From a virus (taxonomy: Duplodnaviria > Caudoviricetes): a stretch of DNA of 64,000 bases. The position numbers and the translations under genes are program-made. Below the pieces are notes generated by a model. It worked only from the letters and a program-made list of their open reading frames with translations. It did not search any database and had not been told where the DNA came from. Below, in pieces: positions 20,897-30,400 of this stretch (positions are counted from its first letter, which is position 1; every line of letters starts with the position of its first letter). The DNA is taken from the IMG/VR virus record IMGVR_UViG_3300019378_000009, positions 32,001-96,000 of that record, one strand, 5' to 3'.

Positions 20897-21457
20897 ATGA
20901 AGCAATTATTTTTAGATATAGAAACGACAGGTTTTAGCAGAGATTGGAATGAAATTATAGAACTTGCGGCAGTTTTATATGATGATCAAAAGAAAGAAAT
21001 GATAGATAGTTTCCATATGTATGCAAGACCGATTAAAGGCATTCCCGCTAATATTACCGAACTAACCGGTATTACTAATGAACAGGTAGCTAATTGTGGG
21101 CCAGAGTGGGATATGTTATTAGACTTTTGTGATTGGTATGATAACCATAGTGCAGAACAAATTATAGGTCATAATTGCAAAGCTTTTGATTTACAATTTA
21201 TAAAAGCTAAGTGTGATAAATATCATTTAACTTGGAAGGGTGAAACTGTGCCAATTGTAGATACCTTATCCTATGCAAGACAATTGAAGAAGAAAGGTTT
21301 GCTTAATACCGAAAATCTTAAACAGACAACCATTGGTGCGCATTTTGGAATTAACTATGAAGCGCATTCAGCATTATCAGATGTAAGAGCCTTAATTAAA
21401 ATTTATCAAAAAATGTTAGAATGTGAAACTCCCAATCGTGCAAATTTGGGATTTTAA
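20897..21457 (+). CDS. DEDDh 3'-5' exonuclease (DnaQ/epsilon-like)
   Basis: LDIETTG, EIIELAA, GHN..FD, VDTL, HSALSD; SD-supported ATG at 20897. Confidence 0.9.
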   Translation: MKQLFLDIETTGFSRDWNEIIELAAVLYDDQKKEMIDSFHMYARPIKGIPANITELTGITNEQVANCGPEWDMLLDFCDWYDNHSAEQIIGHNCKAFDLQFIKAKCDKYHLTWKGETVPIVDTLSYARQLKKKGLLNTENLKQTTIGAHFGINYEAHSALSDVRALIKIYQKMLECETPNRANLGF

Positions 21458-21469
21458 GAGGTGAATAAA

Positions 21470-21622
21470 ATGAATAAAGACTTATCTGCTTTTAGCACAG
21501 AAGAATTGGAAAACATGTACGAACAATGTCGCGTAGAAATGAGTAAAATGATTTTTAATCCAGATTTTGTTCTTATGTGTGCGGCAATAGAACAAGAATT
21601 AGATAAAAGAGGAAAACAATGA
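21470..21622 (+). CDS. small hypothetical protein (50 aa)
   Basis: GAGGTG SD; ATGA overlap with the next gene. Confidence 0.5.
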   Translation: MNKDLSAFSTEELENMYEQCRVEMSKMIFNPDFVLMCAAIEQELDKRGKQ

Positions 21623-22323
21623 GTATTTCAAGAAACTCTGTTCTTGAAACTTTGACGCAAAAAGGTTTTAAATGCACTAATATACAAGAGTATAAAACTT
21701 TAGATACTGTACTACAATTAGAGTGTTCTGTTGGACATAAAATTTGTGCAGACTTTCGTACTGCGCGAGACGATAGATTTTATTGTCCCATATGCGAGGG
21801 TAAGAAAAGTTTAGGCACGCTTGTGTTTCATAAAGAACCACCAAAGAAAAATGGCAAGCGTATTGTTGCCATTGATAATGCAACCAAACATGCAGGCGTG
21901 GCAGTATTTGACAATGGTAAATTAGTACATTATGAATTGAAAGAGTTCGAAGGCGAACTAATTGATAGACTGCTTGCAAATCGTAACTACATACGAGATG
22001 TAGTAATTAAGGGTTGGCAAGCTGATTTAATTGTATTGGAAGATATACAATTGCAGAAAAATGTTACTATCTTTAAGACCTTATCTATGTTGAGAGGCAG
22101 TTCTATGGTTGCTATTAGAGAGTGCGGAATCACTTGTGAGGTTGTTCCTAGCGCCACTTGGAGGTCTCATTTTATGATTAAGGGTGATCGAATTGCGGAA
22201 AAGGCTCAAGCAATAGATAAAGTTATGGATATGTATGGCGTTAAGGTTGTAGACGATATTGCAGAAGCGATATTGTTAGGTAAATATTCTGCTGACGCAG
22301 CAAAAGTTACCAAGTTGTTTTAA
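21619..22323 (+). CDS. ruvC: RuvC-like Holliday junction resolvase with an N-terminal Zn-binding segment
   Basis: IVAID.A...G.AVF, VLED, PSATWR, DDIAEAILLG; N-terminal C..GH...CPIC. Confidence 0.75.
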   Translation: MSISRNSVLETLTQKGFKCTNIQEYKTLDTVLQLECSVGHKICADFRTARDDRFYCPICEGKKSLGTLVFHKEPPKKNGKRIVAIDNATKHAGVAVFDNGKLVHYELKEFEGELIDRLLANRNYIRDVVIKGWQADLIVLEDIQLQKNVTIFKTLSMLRGSSMVAIRECGITCEVVPSATWRSHFMIKGDRIAEKAQAIDKVMDMYGVKVVDDIAEAILLGKYSADAAKVTKLF

Positions 22324-22325
22324 TG

Positions 22326-22360
22326 AAAAAAGGACAGTATAATTACTGTCCTTTTCTTTT
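22326..22360. terminator. bidirectional intrinsic terminator between the convergent modules
   Basis: AAAAGGACAGTA-TAAT-TACTGTCCTTTT with A and T tracts on both sides. Confidence 0.85.
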
Positions 22361-24967
22361 TTATATAGATTTAATTAATTTTGCCAATATGCTTTGGTAA
22401 CGACTAGGTTGTTCTACTGTTACTGTATCTTTTAGGGGCTCTCGTAATATTCTATTAATACCAACTACCCGTATCTCGTCAGTGAAAATTTTATCTAAGA
22501 TTTCAGCAGCAGTAACTGAAGTTTCTTTATCTATATTATTAATATATTTATAATAATCTACTAGTTCTTCTTGTAAGTTTTCTAAGTCCCCCTCTAATTG
22601 AGCAAGTTGTTCTTTTTGACCTTGTTTAAGAGCGTACTCATAAAGTGCCGTTGCTTTTTCTATTCTATTAGTAATATAATTATAAGGAATGGCATTTAAA
22701 CTATCTTTATTATAAACTTGTATTACGCTACCAACAGAAAGTCGAGGTAAGGCAATGCGTTCTAACATACCAATATCTAACACTGTTAAAGAATGTGATT
22801 CTTTTATTTTATTTATGTCTGCAAAATGAGTTACTGCTTGATTATATAAGCTAATTGAATTTAATTCATCTGTATTACTATAAGTTTGCTCATAAATATA
22901 TTGTCCATAATTTTGATACAAAATTTTAAAGACTTGTTGATTAATTTGTGTTTGTATTGTGTCGAACTTATTTTTAATACCATTAGAACTGATTGTTTCT
23001 GGTTTAGGTGCATATTTATTTATTAAAGAGACAATTAATTCATATGCTCCTGGCGCAAAATCTCTATTGATTTTAAAAGAGAAACGAGAACATAAAGTTT
23101 GAGCAGTTTTAATTAGTCCTGTATAATATACATACTCTTCATTAAAATTATCGCCGTCTTCCACAGAATACAATTCTAAAATTTTGCTTTGATACATATT
23201 AATGTGTTCTTGAGTATCATTTATAAGTTTTAAGAAATAACTACTAAAAACAGAAGAGTTATTAGGTATATCTAATTCATCAGAATAACCTAATTTTTGT
23301 ATAATATCAAAATATTTAGAATTTTTAATAACATTTTCTAAATCAAGCATAGTTTTACTGATATTATTTAAATAAGTATCCCAGGATGTGTCTCTAGCCT
23401 TTTTATTAGAATTTAATTCTTCCTCATAAGCAGAGCAAGCAGCTGCATAATTTTCTGCATAACTAATAAACATTTGTCGCAATTTGAACAATTTTCCTGT
23501 ATAAGTATATAATTCTTCAGAATAATACTGAAGCTGTATGTTTAAATTACGATATGTTGTGTGTATTAATGAGTTTAAATACTCCCAATCATTTATACTC
23601 ATTTTTCCACGAAAAGGAGAAAAATCTATTAAAAATTGTCCTAAATAGTCATTCTTTTGTGTTATAGAAAAAAATTCTTTTAATTCATTTTCTATTTGCG
23701 TTTTTACTTTTTGCCGATATTCTACTATATCTGTGTTATTTTGATAAATGGTTGCAGAAATATTATTACTATCTAATTGTCCATTAAGATAGTATTGTAA
23801 TTCTACATCATATAAGGTATTATTATTCACTACATACCCTTCTACTCCAAAAGGATTATTTGCCTCTGGATTAATTGGAAATGTATACAAATGATAAGAA
23901 GAATTTGTTTTGGAGACAGTCTCAAATGAAATTTCTCCAAGATATTGTCCTTTAGTATCATTATAGCGGACAATATATGTTGCTTTATCCATTAATTCTG
24001 TTTCTTTATTTGCGCCAATTGTGCATCGAACAATAGGAACAAAAGCGGCAGAAGGAGTATAATTTTTTATCATATCACTAACCGCGCCTTCAATATCATT
24101 CCAATTTGCAAATTGCCCTCCGTTTGATATTGTATCTGCTATATATCTTTTTACAAAGGTCGGCAAAGGAGGTACCATAGTAATTTGTTTTTCATCTGCA
24201 TCTGTTCCTCCAGATACGTGTAATATAGTAGTTAATTCTGTACCCTCATAAGAGGACGTGTAATTATGCAAGTTGTATTCCGGAGCATAACGATAACCTG
24301 AAAAAGTTTTATTTTTATAATCAACAAAATCTAACAGCCTTGTGTTATAATTTACAATTAATTCTGCACCTACTATATTGCAAGCTTCTATGATGGCGTT
24401 ATAAGGATTACTATTGTTTATTTCAAAAGTAAATTTTTTAGATGGCAAAGTTAAATCTTGAGTTTGAGAGGTTACAGACCATTTGTAATCTAAAAAGTTA
24501 TCTTTTAAAATTTCTCGCGTAATTTGATAAATATTTTTAGGTTGTAATAAATCTGAGTTAGATGCATTAATAGTCGAATAACTATAATTTATATTGTGCT
24601 TTGCCCATAAATATGTTATTTCATCTTCTGCAGTAATGTTTAATATAGAATTAAGTTCAGAATTTTCTGGTTGTATGTCTTTTATAATTAGTTCTATTTT
24701 TTTTTGTTGGTCTATAATTATATACATGCGGGCGCCGATAAAATAATACGACAACAAAGGATTACTAGATAAAATATTTACGCCAGAAGCTTCATCTTTA
24801 AGCATTTGTTTAGCAACTAAAGAAAAATTTAAGGTATATTGGCTATGTTTACCTTCATTTAATTGCTCATTATAAGTTGAAAATTGTAAAGTTTCATTAT
24901 TGTTTATGGGAGAGGAGACTGGTATCCAATCTCCTCCTACATCTAAAAATATAGTAAACTCTCTCAT
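22361..24967 (-). CDS. minor tail / tail-tip protein
   Basis: 868 aa; lies downstream of the TMP and Dit-like genes; N-terminal Tal/hub-like pattern. Confidence 0.55.
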   Translation of the reverse strand: MREFTIFLDVGGDWIPVSSPINNNETLQFSTYNEQLNEGKHSQYTLNFSLVAKQMLKDEASGVNILSSNPLLSYYFIGARMYIIIDQQKKIELIIKDIQPENSELNSILNITAEDEITYLWAKHNINYSYSTINASNSDLLQPKNIYQITREILKDNFLDYKWSVTSQTQDLTLPSKKFTFEINNSNPYNAIIEACNIVGAELIVNYNTRLLDFVDYKNKTFSGYRYAPEYNLHNYTSSYEGTELTTILHVSGGTDADEKQITMVPPLPTFVKRYIADTISNGGQFANWNDIEGAVSDMIKNYTPSAAFVPIVRCTIGANKETELMDKATYIVRYNDTKGQYLGEISFETVSKTNSSYHLYTFPINPEANNPFGVEGYVVNNNTLYDVELQYYLNGQLDSNNISATIYQNNTDIVEYRQKVKTQIENELKEFFSITQKNDYLGQFLIDFSPFRGKMSINDWEYLNSLIHTTYRNLNIQLQYYSEELYTYTGKLFKLRQMFISYAENYAAACSAYEEELNSNKKARDTSWDTYLNNISKTMLDLENVIKNSKYFDIIQKLGYSDELDIPNNSSVFSSYFLKLINDTQEHINMYQSKILELYSVEDGDNFNEEYVYYTGLIKTAQTLCSRFSFKINRDFAPGAYELIVSLINKYAPKPETISSNGIKNKFDTIQTQINQQVFKILYQNYGQYIYEQTYSNTDELNSISLYNQAVTHFADINKIKESHSLTVLDIGMLERIALPRLSVGSVIQVYNKDSLNAIPYNYITNRIEKATALYEYALKQGQKEQLAQLEGDLENLQEELVDYYKYINNIDKETSVTAAEILDKIFTDEIRVVGINRILREPLKDTVTVEQPSRYQSILAKLIKSI

Positions 24968-24973
24968 TTTCGT

Positions 24974-26044
24974 TTACTCCTCTTCTTGAATATCGGATTG
25001 TGAAGTATTATTAATATTATTATTATGTAAAAAGTACACCTCACATCTTAAATCTCCACCAGAAATATTGGAAATATCCGCAGTTATTGTGAATGTTTCC
25101 TCTCCAGTATTTGGATCTATGTCTTTTGCCCAAGAAAAAGCAACAAATGCTGATATAAAGGGATTAACCGCTTCTTCGCCTGGAGTATCTTCTGACGGAG
25201 GTTCTTGGTAAAACCAATTAATTTGAGGCGAAGAAAGATTATCTACTGCAGATATAGGTCCAATTATAATCGTCCATTGATTTCCTTCCTTGCTGGATTT
25301 ATCATTTGTGGCTTCAGATAACAGAAAGGTATTGAAACTTCCCATACCAATGGTAGGCAATTTATATTCAAGAAGAGATTTCTTTCTAAACCAATCTACA
25401 TAATTTTGTTTATCAAATTGTAATAAATAAGGTTCATCCCTTGGCATTATGGGAGTATAATATTCATTAGATGAAGGATATTTCTTAAAATTAATAGTCA
25501 AGTTGTCGCCATAAATAGAACCAAATTCTGGTACTGGAACTATCAAATCACCACGCACAAAATTTTCAAATATCGAATCGAAAGGGCTTTCTTGTTTGTC
25601 GGCAAGGTCTTCATAATTAATTTCAGATTGATAATCGTTATCAAAACCCACCACATATGCACCAACAAAAGTTGGTATAGCAGGTCGCCATGAAGATTCT
25701 GGTACTGCGGATAAATAATATGTCTTAGATGGAGTCGTAATTACGCTTTCCCGAATTGAATTGTCCTTCTTATAATAACGCAATATATAAGATCCTGTCG
25801 GAAGTGTAACTCCATTTTCTGTTATTTCCTTCGACAGACAACTAATTATTACAAAATATTGTTCTTCATCAACTTTAATATACGGAACATTGGCGCCTAT
25901 TAAATACTGGAGAGTATTCATATTATTATAAATCTTGTTTATTTCATCTCCAATAATATTAAAATTTTGATTAACGGCTCTTCCCCAGTTTCCACTTTGC
26001 CCAATAATTGGCAACTGTAGGCCTATTTTATTAATTGATGCCAT
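24974..26044 (-). CDS. putative minor tail protein
   Basis: N-terminal GLQLP....WG..VNQNF..I motif typical of tail fibre/baseplate N-termini. Confidence 0.5.
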   Translation of the reverse strand: MASINKIGLQLPIIGQSGNWGRAVNQNFNIIGDEINKIYNNMNTLQYLIGANVPYIKVDEEQYFVIISCLSKEITENGVTLPTGSYILRYYKKDNSIRESVITTPSKTYYLSAVPESSWRPAIPTFVGAYVVGFDNDYQSEINYEDLADKQESPFDSIFENFVRGDLIVPVPEFGSIYGDNLTINFKKYPSSNEYYTPIMPRDEPYLLQFDKQNYVDWFRKKSLLEYKLPTIGMGSFNTFLLSEATNDKSSKEGNQWTIIIGPISAVDNLSSPQINWFYQEPPSEDTPGEEAVNPFISAFVAFSWAKDIDPNTGEETFTITADISNISGGDLRCEVYFLHNNNINNTSQSDIQEEE

Positions 26045-27409
26045 TTATATAACCTCCGTATATTGTCTAATAGTTAAAGTGCCTTGAAAATTAGGCGTAT
26101 AATTAGCACTTTCTTCTGCTGTTTCAATACTATTTAAAGTATTATACACATCTAGTATTGAAGGTATTACATAATATTCACAACCATGTTCAATAACAAC
26201 TTCTGAATAAAAACCAAAATAACATTCCTCACTACCAATAACATCTGTATAAGAAAAATCTTCAGTACATTCCGTGTCATATAAAATAAAACAATTAGAT
26301 GTTTGTGTTGGATAAGGATTAATTGCTTTAAAATCACCGATGTTTGAAAAATATTGAGTATTACTATCAAAAGTTCCAGGTTTACATAAAAACCAATTAT
26401 AAGCAGTAGAAACCAACTGCTTAAAGTGTTCTTCTCCTTCAATTAAAATTGGCTTTCCAGGAGACTGCAATACTAAAGGAGAATAATTATATTGATTATT
26501 TATAACTTTCATTAAACCATTAAAATTAGCTTGTTGTGGCAATATATTATTGATAAAAAATAAATTAGAAGGGCTATTATATTGAATAACCTGTCTATCT
26601 CTAATTGAATTTTCTTTTAGTGTAAAAGATAGTGTGCTTATAAAATCATAACCTATTTTATCTTGTTTTATATCTAAGTTTAATTTATACAATCCTGCTA
26701 TATAATTTTCCTTTTCATCAGAGCCATATGATACTCTATAATAAAATTCCGCCGAATCATCCCCTAAAAAATTAATTCTATAATGATAAGTTGTTTTTTT
26801 ATCTGTAGTAACTCTATCATAAAGGACTACAGAAGGTAAAACAAGATTATTATTAAAAGCACCATCACAATTTTCTATCAATGCAAATTGATTTTCTTCA
26901 AGTTCTTGTTCTTTTAAATAAAATTCATTTTGAGCTGAATCAAAGTCTAATATAGCATCCATAGCATTACGTGCATAAGGAGAGGTTGTAGTAATAAAAG
27001 TAATTTCAAAACTTGCCACAAAAGTGTTATTATCTTGCTCATAAAGATTTGGATCTGAAACGCTATTAATTACAACATCAAATTCCCAATCTTGTGTAAA
27101 ATCCATTTTAAAATTACCTTGCGCGCCAGCTTTAAGCCAATGCATCATATTTATTATTTGTGCTCTTGTTAAACCCGAGGCCATTAACACGAGCGGGAAC
27201 TCACGCTGGGGGCGTGTAACCCCCAAAACGTGCTGTCCTTTTTGATATTGAGAAGAAACTAAATCAACTTGCGCACCAGTAGAAACATATAGTTTTAAAT
27301 CATCAATATCGTTTTGAATAACTAAGTTGTATTCAGATGAATGTATATTATCAAAAGTGAAAAACATATATTCGTCATAATAGAAAAAATCATTTCTTGG
27401 TGTTAACAT
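26045..27409 (-). CDS. distal tail protein (Dit-like)
   Basis: FTFDNIHSSEYNL...REFPL...WL...F...SPYA; directly follows the TMP. Confidence 0.7.
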   Translation of the reverse strand: MLTPRNDFFYYDEYMFFTFDNIHSSEYNLVIQNDIDDLKLYVSTGAQVDLVSSQYQKGQHVLGVTRPQREFPLVLMASGLTRAQIINMMHWLKAGAQGNFKMDFTQDWEFDVVINSVSDPNLYEQDNNTFVASFEITFITTTSPYARNAMDAILDFDSAQNEFYLKEQELEENQFALIENCDGAFNNNLVLPSVVLYDRVTTDKKTTYHYRINFLGDDSAEFYYRVSYGSDEKENYIAGLYKLNLDIKQDKIGYDFISTLSFTLKENSIRDRQVIQYNSPSNLFFINNILPQQANFNGLMKVINNQYNYSPLVLQSPGKPILIEGEEHFKQLVSTAYNWFLCKPGTFDSNTQYFSNIGDFKAINPYPTQTSNCFILYDTECTEDFSYTDVIGSEECYFGFYSEVVIEHGCEYYVIPSILDVYNTLNSIETAEESANYTPNFQGTLTIRQYTEVI

Positions 27410-30400
27410 TTAATCCCCTCTCTTGAATTACTTTAGCAAACTCTTGCGCTAAAATACTTCCGGCTTTCTTAAAGTCTTGATTATTATTTAAATTATTGGT
27501 TTGTATAACAATTGAACCAATAGAAATAGAATTGGAGTCGCCATCAATGTTTTGCATAGCTTTTGTAGGAGAATATGCAAGTCCATCTAGCATATGTCGT
27601 ATTAATAAAGTATCATCTGCACTTAAGAACGCTTCTGGTTTAGATGGAGTTCCATCTACCCAAGCAAGACCTGTATAGTTCACCAATCCACCAGATGCAT
27701 TTTGAGTTGTTTCACCCAAGTCAATATATTTATCAACATTAAAATTAGGATCATTTACAATTGTATCAATCATTGTATCAATGTGAGTAATTTTATCTTC
27801 AATCGTTTTTAATGCTTTATCTCGTATCTCTTGCTTCCGAGCATCTGCTGCTTCCTCATCCAGTTCAGATAATTGTTGCAATAAGTCTTTCTGCATGCTC
27901 TTAGTAGAGCTTCCAAAACCACTGCTTAATGCTGCAATTTGTTTTACTAAAGATTCTCGTTTGGTTTCACGCTCTTGCTCTTCTTGTAAAGCATCCAGTT
28001 TATCAAAATAATTAGAATAATTATTTGACATTTTTTCAAGCAAATCTTTCTCTTGTTCATAGTAATCTTGCAGTACCTGTTTCTGTCCTTCGATTGCATT
28101 TTCACTATATTCAGATGCCTTTTTAAGAAGATCAATATTGGTATCATACCATGCAACAATACTGCTATCAATGACACCCTTTTCTGCTGCCGCTACCATT
28201 GCCGCTCTATCTTCTATCCAGTTACCTTCTGCATCCTGGAACAACAAACCGTTCTCTGTAAGAACTTTATATTCAGACTGCTGAGTAAAAGCCTCTAGTT
28301 GTTTCTTTTGTTTTTCATATAACATTAACAACTCTTGAGCATCTTCAAGTTCTAGCTGGTCTGCGGCTGCGATTGCATCTTGTACTTTTTGAATTTCTTT
28401 TTGCAACTTCAATTGCTCAAGTTCTTCTTTGGTAAGTGCTGCCGCATCTTTCCATGCCTGTGAATTATATAGCCAGGCATATTTCATAAGCTCCTGTTGC
28501 TGTTTTAAATACTCCAATTCAGCTTGCGCCATGCGTCGTTTTTCATCAGTATCAGCAAGCTCTAATGCACCTTGAACTTTTTGCATTTCAAATTGCCAGT
28601 CTTTTAATGCTTTTTCTGTAGCCTTTGTAGTTAAATCATCTCTGTTTAAAGTGCCCGCAAAAAATGCCTTAACATTATCAGGATCTTGAAAAAACTCTGC
28701 ATTTTCTCTTTGTAGGGCGGCTAAATCAATGTTACTTAATTCACCCATAGCATATTTTTTGGAAGCTTCTATGATGTCATCATAAGAAGAATACTCTCTT
28801 ACATAGTCTTCAAGCACATCTTGAGGAGTGGAGCCGATTATATCCATTAATAAATTAATAACATCTTGCTTTTTAAACTCATCATTGGATGCTGCAAGTG
28901 CCAACATGAAACTGTCTGCTGTTCCATCAGAAGAGGCGAAAGCGTTTGCTAACAATTGTTTGGTTTGATCTTCTGTCATCTTATGTTGTTCTAGCATGTA
29001 GTTGTATAATTCACCAAGCTCTACGCCAGTAAAGCCCCAATCAGACATGACACCAAGAGCCGCATCGCCTTTTTGACCCAACATGCCCATTAAATCAGCT
29101 ACACGTTCATATTCTGCATAAACAGCATTAAAAGCTTTCTTGGCAGACTCTGGAATTTCCTTAACGGCATCATTGTATGCATCCATTTGCTCTTGTAAGC
29201 CTTCGCCATTTGCCTTAATCATTTTTAACACGCCTTCTTGCAATTCCCCTATGTTATCTTCTGATGCGGCAAAGGATCTAAATTCCGCCTCTTCCATAGT
29301 GTTTATAGTAGATTCTATAGCGTTTGCGGCGTTTTGTAATTGTACGGCAGTATAATTGGCACTTTCTTTTTCTAGCTCCATAAAAGCCTTATCTATATAA
29401 GCGGCTTTAATACTATCATTATAATCGCCTTTTTGTATACTTGTCTGTGCCTGTGTAAAAGCTTCATTTGTTAAATTTGCTATATCTTCGGCAGCTTGCT
29501 TTGCTTCTGCGGTGACTTTAGTCCAATTAACCGAGCCGTCTTCGTTCATGTAGTTATTTTCATCAGTAGATAAAGAAGAAATTTCTCCAGCAAGTTCTTC
29601 TAAGCGCTTATAATCTTCTTCAGTTTTATAAGTTTTTGAACTTAATAATTGATATTCTTTTGATATAGCAGAAAGATTTTGCTCTTTTACTTTAGCATCA
29701 TATAGTTTCTCTTGTTTGTGTTCTAGCTGTCGTTGTCTACCCGCTTCGGTTTTATTGTCGCGCTCTTCTCTTCTGCGCATACGTCTATCTTCTCGACTTC
29801 GTTTACGTCGTTCTCGGTCTGCTTGTCTGTCTGCTTTTCTTTCTGCGGCTTTCTCGGTATTTCCAGTAAGCCTTTTTATAGTATTAGCAAGCCACGGAAT
29901 AGTATCTTGGAGCCAGTTCATAAATCTTTCTCCAATTTCTTGAGTGTCAGCAAGATATTCATTAAAAACACGAAAACCATCTGCTAATTCTTGTAAAAAC
30001 TCTGCTGCAACCTGTAAGCCAGGACTCAATCTTTTAAATATATTAAAATAATTAAGAACTCCACCTACAAGATTAATTAGATTAGCAACAAAATTAATTG
30101 CTTCAAAAATTATATCTATAATTGGCGGCAAAAATTTCATAACTGCGCCAAATATCCATGTTATTGCTTCTACAATTAGACCAAGTGCTGGATTCACTGC
30201 AAGCACAATGCGAATTATATCGGAAAAAGCATCAAATATTTTTCCAAGAAAAACCAAAAGCTTTGGAATTAAAGACAAATAATCTTTTAATGAACCGCCC
30301 ATATCTTTGAAATGAGAAAATGCTCGTTCAAGAAGATAAAACACAGCTTCTATAATTAAACCAATCCATGTTAAAGAACTTTGTGCGGCTTTCAAAATAC

